DNA of 64,000 nucleotides. Source: Phoronis australis (taxonomy: Eukaryota; Animalia; Phoronida). Shown here one piece after another: positions 52,518-64,000 of this stretch. The notes beneath the pieces are model-generated. The model did not search any database, was not told where the DNA came from, and saw nothing but the letters and a program-made list of their open reading frames with translations. The DNA is taken from the NCBI GenBank assembly GCA_002633005.1, contig NMRA01000639.1, forward strand, positions 15,609-79,608, read 5' to 3'. The first letter of the stretch is position 1, and each line of letters opens with the position of its first letter. A program made the position numbers and the translations under genes.

Positions 52518-53055
52518 TAGGGCCGTCCCGGATTACACAGCGATAGAACTCTCCTTGTCCCGGAGGTGAGAAAGCGTGTTGTTTTTGTTCACTTGGTTTG
52601 TGAAATGTCACGCACATTTTCACAGGTCATGTTGGAAATGTAGATGTGTGTAGTATTGGAAATATTCCAAGTCACACGCTTAAAAGTACCGGAATTGAAT
52701 ATCTGGGAATTCTGTTTGGCTGAAAAATAACCCGACAAACTTGCTTTATCCACTCCGGTTTTTCCTGTCTTTGATTTATGTCAGAAAAGCGAAGAACTTT
52801 ACATCACGCACCCACGAATATTTGTTAACTTCATCCAACTTTCTTCTGTCGGAAAGTCAGCTCAGCACAGTAGTAATACTTTGTTGGCATTGGAAAAATT
52901 GTAGTAAAGCAATCGAGAATATGACAACAACTAAGAATATGTAGAAATCCAGTGACGTGAATTCAACGAGGCTACAAAAATACTTGATGGATACTGTAGC
53001 ATTGTGGGTAAATTAGCAAGATTTGAGAGTTGTAGTATATTCCGGGACTGCCCTA
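52518..53055. mobile_element. ~540-bp MITE
   Basis: TAGGGCCGTCCCGGA ... TCCGGGACTGCCCTA terminal inverted repeat (1 mismatch), with further subterminal aactctc/gagagtt symmetry. Confidence 0.7.
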
Positions 53056-53192
53056 TTGACCAGCTAAAACAATTCCACGAAAATATTGAACTAAATAATA
53101 AAACTCTGTTGCAAAGGTTTTTATGGTAACCACAGCTCTTTGGTCAAATGGTGTGTTTCCTAACTAAACTGAAACTTGTTTGGCCACATATT

Positions 53193-53261
53193 CATGGGTC
53201 CCGCACCATGGGGGCTATGGCGGCTATAGCCCCCACTTTTTTCAGTGCTGCGCCGCCCATG
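53193..53261. mobile_element. 69-bp minimal MITE related to 35283-35547
   Basis: CATGGG...agcccccacttttttcagtgctgcgccgCCCATG; the right end is the reverse complement of the 35283 left end. Confidence 0.7.
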
Positions 53262-54623
53262 TATATTCCAATATACGCCCATAAACAAATGATCTTAATA
53301 ACGAGAGTTTATGGTATGCACTGACAAGTTCAAAGTTGTTGAGTGACCTTGGTATGACCTTAGATTGACTGACCAATGACAGACAGCAGAAGTCAAATCT
53401 GCAGAACTATACATTTGTTGTTTTTAGAATACCCATTTCAATCTTCAATACATTGGAATTTGTGAGCCATTTGACTTATTTACATCAGAGGCACATGTAG
53501 CCATCTCTTTAACTGAAAGTGAAAATATTCTCAAAGACAATGGAATTGCCAAATCCCAAAAAATAAAGAACAAAAAATATAAAGACAATAGTATTGTATT
53601 TATTAGTAATTTATGAATTCTTAAACAAATTACTAGTGAATTAGTTAACCATGTTTGAGAACAAAGAAGTGGGTTTAGAAACATCTGATTATAAGTAATG
53701 TGAATATTTTGGGAAACGAAGATGGAAAAAGCCTTTTCCTACCAAAGTATTTGATACCTTTTCTCAAACGTTTAACGTTTTGAGTTTACATTGAAGAATT
53801 GTTTCTACTCATTTGAACAGAAACACAGAAAACTGACTTACTAAATTAAACTGCACATGAAGTCAAACAAAACCAAGACTACACCTGGGGTCTGTTTCAT
53901 GAAATTGACTTGAGACAGACAAGACAGAACTTCGGTCTCATGACAGCGTTTTCCCATTGACTTTACCAGACGAAGGGGGTTCTGAGCCTGTGATAACATC
54001 TAATTTCTTTGTTAACTGCCAAGCACAGTCTTTTGTCTGTAATGACAACAGGCAGGCCAATTATCTACCAGGCTTATTACAGACCACATGTGAACACAGT
54101 CAAACCCAGAGTGAATTGGTACATTCCGAAAGAATTGATTATCGTAACTTCGGTTGCAGGTAGGCGATTTTGGCAATTCAAAAACTAAACATGATCACCA
54201 TTTCACAAGGATTTCAGAAATGCCATTGGACTTGGTTTATGTTCAAATATGTTATAACTCAACTTTTATTTTTAACAGCACAGCCCAGTTAGGCTAGATT
54301 GGAGCAATTATCGAACAAAAGAAAGCTGGCCCTCTAACCACGAATGCCTAAGAATGAAGTTAATCAGTCGTGTAAGATATTGGCTATAGGAGTAAACTTC
54401 CCAATTTGTTGTTGGGCTATGGAATCGAACAAGTTGGAAGCAACGGGAAAACGCCGTAATGTTATGCTCCACACTTAGCTAATTCTAAAAAGCACTTAAA
54501 ACTCACTTTAGTAAAGAAAAAAGTTTCCGGCAATATACCCGTAACTGTTTTTCTCTGAGAAGATTTGTGCAGGTTATTTTCAGGCAGTGATGCGCTCATA
54601 ATCTAAGGAGTAAACCTTTATTT

Positions 54624-54706
54624 GACAACTGGCCCACCTTACTGAGGTAGGGTAACTTGTTCTGGGTTAACTTGCCCCAGTGCAAGTCGCAGTGTGGACG
54701 CAAACC
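54624..54706. mobile_element. Harbinger-like MITE fragment (family of 1660-1859)
   Basis: Aligns with 1777-1859. Confidence 0.55.
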
Positions 54707-55156
54707 GGCAGGCAAGGCGGAAGTAGATGGAGCTGAAAGAAATAATGCTCAGTTATGTGTCCATGGGTGTCTCATGCTTTGTCTGCCATATTGATAGCAA
54801 GATAAAATAGTAAGAAATGTTTGCATATAAATATTTTTTGTTGGACATTATATATTCTAGGTACCCGAGGGACACAGAGAATTGCCAAAATTGTCCATTT
54901 TTTCAGTTTTCAAGGGATTTAACATTGTTATGAATGCACACAATTTTTCAAAATATTTTCTGTTTGTAGCAGTGGTACAGTACTTTGTTATGGCAAATCG
55001 TCATTCTGATACTGTGTGTCATTTATGAAAATATAAGAAACTAGAATTTCTCCTTTCAGGTCGCCATATTGTGTCCTAAATTTATTAGCTTTTACGTTAC
55101 TCATAGGCTGCCCTTCAAGATTTGACATAAAAAATAAGCGGGGAATCAACCATTGG

Positions 55157-55310
55157 TTGGACTTCAAAACCAAATGGCCAGTAATCAAACTGTTGTCCGG
55201 ACTTCAAAACGCGATGGCTTCACTCAAAACACTAGTTGACTAGATCCAAAACACGATGACCGGTGCTATAACTAGTTAGCTGGTGATCAAACACTATGGC
55301 CGTACTTCCT
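55157..55310. repeat. Degenerate ~21-22-bp tandem repeat
   Basis: Recurring ggacttcaaaac / tcaaaacac--atggcc / ctagtt units. Confidence 0.5.
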
Positions 55311-58300
55311 CAGAGACTCGCTTTGATTGTCTCGTAAGATTCAACTGACATCTAGTGTTAGATAGATTGATATGGAAAATACCGCATTGAAAAAAATATC
55401 ATGTCAGAAATGTTGTATTTGTCATATTCACAATACCAATGTGAAGTACGTGATTTAATATAATCTAAGTCACAAAACATTTTTGGTGGCTCCATCATTT
55501 TCATAACCATCTTAATAATGATTGCAACCCTTATCGTCTGAGTTTGTTAATGGCAGATTTGTTATTCACTCGCTGGTACTAATGAAAAAGGTCCTGTTTT
55601 CATTACTATGAAATAGGGAGAAAACAAAAGCTGTTGGCCAGCATGGGGGCGTTGGTGGATAATAATCATGCATGACAAATTGAGTGCAATGTACAGGAAG
55701 TAGTTAATTATTTATATTCGCCACTTGGCAAATTTCTAGCTTCTCATTAAAATGCAGTGTTTTTTCTAATACTAAATTAAGTTTCTTCATAACAATGTCT
55801 AAATATGGTTATTGATTGATTTAGCATTCAATATGACCCACACGTGAAATTCTATTTTTGTCAAATTTCTCATCAAAAATAAAAACAAAGAATAATTGTA
55901 GTCTGTTACTAGCATGTTTTTACTATTTAGATGCCATAAAATGGCTTTTGATGAACTTCCTATTATTTGTAGCAAAGTAATCATGCTTTGAAAAATGGAA
56001 AAAACTTACAATTTTGACAATTATTTTGTGCAAAATAAGTGTAGAATTACTGAAATTACATAACTTTGGCAAATTTTTTGTAATGTTTTTGCAACGTCTT
56101 GATTTAAACTTTGATAAGTTGATGAGTCTAACTTCCTCAAAAATTGTGCGAATTCCGCATCACGTTTTGTATCCTCATTTCCTTTCTATTAGTTACGCAT
56201 TATTATTATCATGGTTGTCCCTGCTAATAATAAAAATAAGCACCACACTATGCAACCCTGTTCCAATCATTTCTCTTCTAACTCTTAAGTTATGGCTGAA
56301 CATGACTCAGGGCTTTTCAAACATGATGAACATGGTGTAAAACATGTGAAACATGGTTCATCACTGTGTTTGAACATGTGCACAAAGAACACTAATGTTG
56401 AAACCTTATCAAATACAACATGTTTACAAAGTTCACTATGAAAATAGTCTTAACAAGTACAAAATATTTACAAAGCTGAACAGCAACATTAAACCTAGGT
56501 GTTTCCTAGATGACTATAATCTGACATGTTTTTTGTTTGCCAATTTTTTGTGAGGTTTGCTTTGAATACTTCAGAAATGTGGATCCTGTAACTTGGTGTG
56601 CGAGTCAAATCACAATATCTTTTACTGTTAAAATTCTTGTTACCATGTCTCTGTCAACAGGTGGCAGAGCAGTCTTGTTTACTGTTGGCCAATGTCCTCA
56701 GAACTAATCAGCCTTTTACATATTTGTTCATTGCATCCTCTAACACACAAGGGTTGCCGACTTGCCGTGTATGCATGAATTTAGGCCCAATGCATTTTAT
56801 AAAGGAAAATGTTTTCTTCAACTTTTTGCATACAGGAGCATGCTTCTTAGCTTCGGTTATTTAGTCACAGCCTTAAAACAGGTGTTTGCGTTTTTTGCTT
56901 CAGCTTTCCTAAAAGATAGCTAGACAAGTGTTAAATTGAAGACACATGAAAATGTACCGTATAGTACTGAATAAGCCAAGTTTCACTCACATCATATATG
57001 CTCTTCAGTTTTAATTGGCCTTTCGCATGTAAGCGTGTGCACCTGATTCTGGATGAAGTTCACACCTTCATAAAAGGGTCCATGTGCGGTAGTGTTCCTC
57101 GGAAATGACGAATATTCTGAAATCCTTGTTGTAGTTATTTCAAGGAACATAGCAGGAAACAGGGAATGCTGTTGAGAAATAAAATTGCTGGTTTGTGAAT
57201 TAATTCGGAATTTGTTGAAAAACATTCAAATTGAAAATGCAGTGCAATGGTAAAAAATCTCATGAAGTTGTAAAAATGTTGAAACAAAATTTAAGGTCGT
57301 GGATTGGTTTGGCTTAGTCTTAAAAGACTTCGTTACAGTAAAATTGCATTAATTTAGGATACAATATGCCCCACGTGTGAATTTTTTTAAATTTATTTTT
57401 CATTATCAGTATAGTTGAAGCGCCATCAAATCAATGCTATATTATTAACTCTACTACCATGCAACAATATTTTCAAAATTATTGGACAACGGTGTTAAAA
57501 GTTCAGGAAAAACGAAAATGCAAATTTCGACAATTTTTTATTGGAAATCCACCAGATTGTACCACAATATTTTCCATAAAGGACTCATTGAATGCAGTGG
57601 GGTACATGTAGGGTACCCTGTTATGTAAACACCTATAGGCTTCTGCTTGAGCTGGTTTGAATAAACACCTTTCTTATTGTCAACACTCCTGCTTGATGAC
57701 AAAAGAGGTCAGCCCCATTGCATAGCTTCACTGGTGACCTGTCTGCCTGGGAGTGGAGGGAAACAGGCATATGGTTGATTGGCAGTTGGTGAACATCTCT
57801 CTTTAAAACTCTGCACCGTTGTGAATACAGAGTTGTGGTGGTTTTGTGAGTAGTCTAAATTATAGGGGATGTTATTTTAGAATTAGTAAATGTATTTATT
57901 GGAAAGGAGAATATTATCCTACCCGCATTCGGCCAATGAGAAATTGATCTTATAAAAACTATCATCATCCCACTGTTTGAGGTGCACGCATACTTGCTCG
58001 CATAGTGCAGTGTTTTATTTCTCGTTAGTCTGATCAATTCAATTCCTGTTTGCAAAGTAATGATAGGTGACGACTGTGTGAAGATACCCAATATTCAGGG
58101 ATTATTCAACAGGTTATGTGGTTTGTTTTTATTTCTGTGGTGGCTTGTGTTGCTTGCAGTTGTAGAGTTTTTGAGGTTCATTTGTGTTGCTTCCACTTGG
58201 ACTATTTCATTCTCAATAGAAATGACCTAGCAGGGCCAATTTTGCGTTTACTGCAAGTGACCAATTCATTCTTTCGAAGAAACTTCATTAACATTTTTAA

Positions 58301-58895
58301 CTGACCACTTTCACCTACGAAGTTGGTCTCAATTTGTTCCTAAAAACTAAGGTGCAAATATAACAGTCTGTTATTGCTTGAGATCAATGTACTCATTGAA
58401 TTATCAATTCTTTCTAAGCTTAAAAATCACATCTGTTTTGATTTAGGAACAATCTGATACCAATTTCATAATGGTATGTTGACTATATCAATTGCTTTTG
58501 TGAAGGCAGGCAGGTTTTTATCATAACAGTATGACATGATGTTAATGAAAGATACCACCCTATGACTACCATCATATATTCAGCAAAGCATTGAACTATT
58601 GTAACCTGCACATTCAGTCAGATAGGCAGTGCAGTGTAGTCGACACTTAGAACTGTCAGTCCTTAATCTTTGAATTGATAACTTAGCTTCAGAGGTAGAG
58701 GCAGTTCTCAGTAGGACGGGAGAGACATTATCAGCTGGCACCAGAGAAATGCCCGAATGGTGCAGCAGTTATAGGTGGTACACTTCGTTTGAGTGTTGAT
58801 AACTGTTGTTGTATGCGGTTAGAATTTGGACAGAAGTTACGACCAGGAGCAGCAGTTGAGGGAGATGTTTGGTGCGGTGGAGTGACGTGACTAAA

Positions 58896-59016
58896 ATGTC
58901 TGAGAAAGGTACGGTTGTTCAGCCACCTGATGAAAAGATCCGAGTAAGAATGGCGTCGGAAGGATATAAAGCAATTGAAAACATGGACGCAGATGACCGG
59001 ATACCTTTAGATGAGG
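58896..59016 (+). CDS. Unidentified gene, candidate alternative first coding exon (isoform B)
   Basis: aaaATGT start. Encodes MSEKGTVVQPPDEKIRVRMASEGYKAIENMDADDRIPLDE, then donor GAGG|gtgagc (phase 1). Preceded by a purine-rich, UTR-like leader with no obvious acceptor. Confidence 0.65.
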
Positions 59017-60582
59017 GTGAGCAATGTAGTCCTAGAAAAAATCATTTGAAACTCTACTTTTGTGTATAATAACTGAAGAATTGACATAGGCTTTACAACT
59101 TTTTTATGTTTTACACCCGATTCAGTTGTTAGGTGTACTAGTATATTACAAAATCACTTGGAATTTGCTGTCATGACAGCTGGGCGGAAGCTGAAGTCAT
59201 CGTCAGTGTCTTCCTTCATGACAGAGAATCAAGGGGACTTAACGGGAAGGTTAATAAAGTAGGAAACCATTCTGTCATTTAAATTTTGCAGTTGCAATGG
59301 TTATTACCAATCTTTTTACTGTTAACAGAATTATCCGTCACGGCGGGGGAAACTGTGTAGATCACTTTTGTCTGTATATGCACATGGCCATTATATAATT
59401 CTAGTTCACAATACTGATTGGGTCATCAAATGTCGGTTTCCTATCGACACCACAACTTCCTGTATTGCGGAGTTTCGATTAGTGAGAAAGTGTAACCACC
59501 AGATGTTGACATTTATCGAAACTATTTTGAAAATGGGTGGATTAACTGCGGAGTTGCGCAACTCTACTGCAATGGGAAAGGTTGATTCCATGCCCGTTCT
59601 CTACTATTGTTGACCATTTTAATGAAAAATTGAAAAAAGATGAAAAACTTGTAACCAAACAAGTTTATTTTTTGCAAAAACTAATGATTGTTCTTGTATT
59701 TTCTAAAAAGGGTTCATCTATTATCAACCTGCTGTGAAGGTACAGCTTGACAAGAATAAGTGTTTGAAACTCTTTGTCAAATATGTTGAAAAGGCACAAC
59801 ATAACCTTTTTGACTTGTATGTTAAAAGTGATCAACTTCCATAATAATCATAACAGTAGTAATGAAGTATGGCAAGTGAGCAATAAGAAATATCGAAGAA
59901 ATAAACACCTAGATGTTAACCCCGTGAAATGTGTGTATGTATTGAAGTGTTTTTTTGTAATCCTTAATCTCGAATTGAACACACAATCATACCTCAGTTT
60001 TCACACAAACTCCGATGTACATATGGACATCTGCAAAATCTGCAAACAGCAGAGGCGCCTCAGTATTCAGGTTAACATATTTGATGGTATTGTACGGTAA
60101 GGTGTCTTATCCTCTCAGTCTTGTTTCTTCTAAAACTTTTGAGTTGGAGCTCCTGGGGCTTATGTTTTCTTTTGTGAAAGATACACTCAAGGTCCTGTCT
60201 TGTTGCCTCATTCATTTCACTTCATGGATGTAACTAGACTCGTATGTCGACACTTGATGTCTTATTGCTTATAACCTGATGATGTCTAATGAATAGCCAA
60301 AACCTTGAATCAATTTGAACTTTAGAATTTTCTTTTTGGCAGGATTGTTGTTTTTGATCCTATTATGGCCAAAAACTGAATGAAATATGTAATACACTTT
60401 GTATTACATTGTACAGGTTTCCTGTTCTGGTAACCTGTTTGATGAATATCTTGCCAGCTAACACCAGTTTAGGAAAACTTAAATGGAGTCAAGATGTTAA
60501 ATTATGGTTAATTGTTTTATTATACATTTATTATCTGCTGATAACTTCGTTATCTGATGGTACCCATTCTAATCTATGTATC

Positions 60583-60738
60583 CATTGGTGGATTTAGAGG
60601 TGGGCCAAGGGGGCCATGCCCCCCCTAAAATTCTTCCAGATTCCATTGGGCAGTTCAGGGGTGCAAATGTCTGACGGGCAAAATCTTGGCTATTACTCTG
60701 CCCTGGCCCCCCCAACTCAAAATCCTGGATCCGCCCTG
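60583..60738 (-). mobile_element. GC-rich MITE family A copy, inverted
   Basis: GTATC|CATTGGTGGATTT ... CCTGGATCCGCCCTG|GTATC. Reverse complement of the 50786 copy, 5-bp TSD. Confidence 0.9.
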
Positions 60739-61381
60739 GTATCGAGTAAGGGATTTGCTATGTGTTAAAATTTTGGCAATGTATATGATGCATTTAGGAG
60801 GACAAAGATTTAATCTGTCTAAATTACATATTTATTTACCATTTTCATGTTTTTGAGGACATGTTATTTTGAATGCATAAATACATTTAAAACAACTTAC
60901 CAGTTTATTTGCATTGACAAAATTACAAGGACCGTTTTACTTTAATTATGTTGCGACACTAAACAGTCCCCTATGGTGGAGAATGGTGTTCCCTCTGATG
61001 TGAGATGCAACTCATGTTTTCTATCTAGGGTGTGGTTCAGCTACGTCATCTAATGTTTTTAAAATCTTTTGCTATGCATAACTAAAATGTTTCTTCCAGA
61101 GTTAGTAGGGAAGTTTAAACTAGGAGTTGGGATAGAGTTTCGATACCATGAACTTACACTAATGTTTCAAGATATAGTACAAGGTCCTACTTCTTCCATA
61201 TGGTATATAACGAGGATTAAGAAGAGTGTTTAAGTTGTCACGTGGTTTCAAAAGCACAGAAAACGTTTATAATCCATCATTAGTTTCCTGGGTACTTATT
61301 TTTTTCCTTTTTTCATTTCGTAAAGTAAATTTATCTTTGCTTGGATAGTTTTCCTTTTCATCTTTTTTATAAATTCTTGTT

Positions 61382-61407
61382 CACGCACACACACACACGC
61401 ACACACA
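61382..61407. repeat. (CA)n microsatellite
   Basis: cacgcacacacacacacgcacacaca. Confidence 0.8.
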
Positions 61408-64000
61408 TGTTCGTATTGTGATTCTAAATAATTTAAACAGATGAAAATTTAAAGTAATAAAAGATAAGGGTGCGTTTAATTAAACATTTTTCTATGATTT
61501 TAGTGATATTTGAAATAACTGTCTGCTTTTATTTGAATAAGTTTTTATTGAACAGGTTTAAATTGCCTTGAGCCAAAATCAATATTGAATAGGATACATT
61601 TTGCAATCTTTGTATACTGTATTATTGTAGTTTTCATGTGGTTTGGAATTATTTTTGACAAGATGTCTCCATCTTTTATTTCCCTTTGAGTGCTTATCTT
61701 GCAAAAATGTATTGTGTCAACTTACTAAATGAATCGTCAGTGACGCTTGCTGTCCTTTTGTTGAACTCTAATTAAAGTGAGGAGACCTGAATTCCATCAA
61801 CCTGTTGTTTTGGTGATAAGTTCGAAGCCCCCTGTCAAGTAAATATGTAATATGTAACTAGTAAAAAAGGACAGAGATCTGCCCAGGTTTGTGTTGACAA
61901 ATTTTTTGTTATTGCTACCAGGGAAACTGGGAGGAAAATAACTATGAGAAACTTAACAGTAGAATAGCAGATATTTTAATCAATCAATTTACATGCCATA
62001 GACCCATTGTACAAAAACAACATCTAGAGATTTGAGTGCATAATGGGTTACTGAAAAGTTGTAAAACTGAGGAAATGTGTTTACAAAGGTTAACCAGTTG
62101 TTCTCTATCGTTTGTTGATATCAGTTTAATTGATTTAAATTTTAGTATTTTAACTGAAACAGCACCACAATTTGCAGCTGTTTGATTAGGAAAGCATTTT
62201 CTTTTTGTCAAACGTCTTATCTGGTGTTCAATAAGAAAAGTGTATGGCATTTTTTTATGTAAAACTACATTTGGTATTTCATTGTCAAACTGATAGTCTA
62301 TAGCTTGTGTTACATGCAAATACCATTCAACCTTAGTTGGGAGTAGTGGGCTTATTATCAGAACAACCAGACTTCCTTTCCTTTCCACAGTTTAAGCTTT
62401 GATCTAAGTACTGATGTCTTTGACTAAAGACATTCTGTGTGGGTTACTTGTTGAAATTTTGAGGATGTGGCTCACATCCCTGGCAGAATTTTTTCTAAAT
62501 TTTTTATGAAATTTTGTCTTCTTTCTTGTGATTGGTTCTTGGAGCTTTAACTTAAGGATGCGGGCATAAATGATTTTTATGAGTTCATTCACGTGCTCTC
62601 GGCATATTTTTAATGAAGGCATTTTTTCCTGTTGAATGCCTTATCAATATGAATGGGTTGGTTTAGTTTATTGAAATGATGTCTACAAAAGGGATGTTAT
62701 CAAAATAGGATAATGCTTGAAGCGACATAATTTATTGTTTAGTTTTTTTGCACACCTGACAATTTACAGTCTCGTATTACCGGTAGTTGTGCTTTGGGCC
62801 AATGAAGGAAGAACTTTTTGTTAGACAGCTTTCTGTAAATTGGTTCCCTTTTGTGTCCTCTTTCATAAATGGTAGGTGTACAGTTTATAATTTCTCAAGC
62901 ACATGCTCGTATTAAATATAACTGCACCAGCACTCTCTGAAATCTCAACAGTTGAGAAAATTTCAATATTACACAGGAGTGCTATCCTGTCCTAAATTAT
63001 GGGATGTTTTTACTCGTTGAGCATAGAACAAAGTGTAAAATTCTCAATATTTAATTGTACTTTATGGTGTATTTATAAGTTTCATAGCTGCCAACTGTGC
63101 CAATTTTTGAAGCTCAGTGCCACCTCCAGCAACTTCATAAGAATATCCTACTTTTGACGTTCGGTATTCACGTACACGCGTTGTTGTGCCAAAGCTGCTT
63201 GGCTGTTTGTTTTTGCCCTTTCTATGCCATTTTAGAGGCACGACCAAAAATGCACTGCCACAGGCTTAGATTCGCTGGTGCAGATGCTTCATGTTTTCAA
63301 TGTCGGCAATTATTGCTATTAAATGTATAATTATGAGTGTTACTGTTTGCTATCACTATCATCATCATAATTAGCACGTGTGTGTCCACGTGTGACTCCA
63401 TTTCACCATATCTTGTGCTTCATTACAGAGACTGTGGTCTGTTTTGTGAAATGTGATTCTGGGCTTGCGTCAGACATTTCATGTATGACGTTGCACCCGT
63501 CAACTATTTCAGAAATGTAATTTAGTTTCACTTCTTCAGCAATGTACACACAGGGTAACAGCGGTACAAAAGACATTAATGTTATGCTAATGTATCTTTT
63601 AAGAATAAACGAGGAAATAAAATTTCATTGGTCGACCATGTTCTGTCCTAAATTGATGAGATTTTACCTACTGTCAAACTGAATCCATGCATAGGTGGAT
63701 TTAGGGAGGAGCGACCAAAAAGTCGTCTGCTGACCATTTTTACTGGGCTTACATGGACATTTTGTGTAAACATTTTCCTTTGAAAATTGTAGTTGCCCCC
63801 CCCCCAATACAACATCTTAGTGACTGCCAATGCCAGATGTTTGTAATGTTCGTGATCTGGCATAAAATCGGTTACTGGTAACCTGACCCTGTGCATTCAC
63901 GCGGGTCATCCTATGTCACGAATATTGAAGAACAATGTAAATTTTAGATCATCATGATTTGGGCATTTTTTATATGATCCTCAGTGCTCAATGAACAAAA

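Noticed and set aside
60276-60303. Hammerhead-ribozyme-like CTGATGA-tGTCTA-atgaa-TAGCC-AAAAC
   Set aside because: The core GAAA is mutated to AAAA, stem II is mismatched, and stems I and III cannot be formed; at best a dead retroelement relic.

Overview
AT-rich, intron- and repeat-rich animal genomic DNA, probably from an invertebrate bilaterian; the taxon cannot be fixed from sequence alone. It is not prokaryotic, and most listed ORFs are spurious. (1) A complete five-exon isthmin-family gene lies on the minus strand (26905->5967, 420 aa when spliced). It has an N-terminal hydrophobic segment, the conserved NPDIEVTIE motif and a full AMOP domain, but no detectable thrombospondin type-1 (TSR) domain. 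(2) The 5' end of an unidentified, divergently oriented plus-strand gene has two phase-1 candidate first coding exons (41084-41195, 58896-59016) and a 60-nt exon (50568-50627); the rest lies beyond the window. (3) There are decayed ORFs, including a P2X7-ballast/KolX-like cysteine-motif remnant at about 47.45-48.1 kb and a frameshifted two-exon ORF at 534-1248. (4) Many non-autonomous DNA elements are present (TTAA-flanked Kolobok-like, Harbinger-like, TA-flanked, and a 5-bp-TSD family), along with tRNA-derived SINEs, mini/microsatellites and a nested palindrome. (5) A 2-kb tandem duplication joined by a single N is probably an allelic assembly artefact. No CRISPR array, rRNA or intact tRNA was seen.
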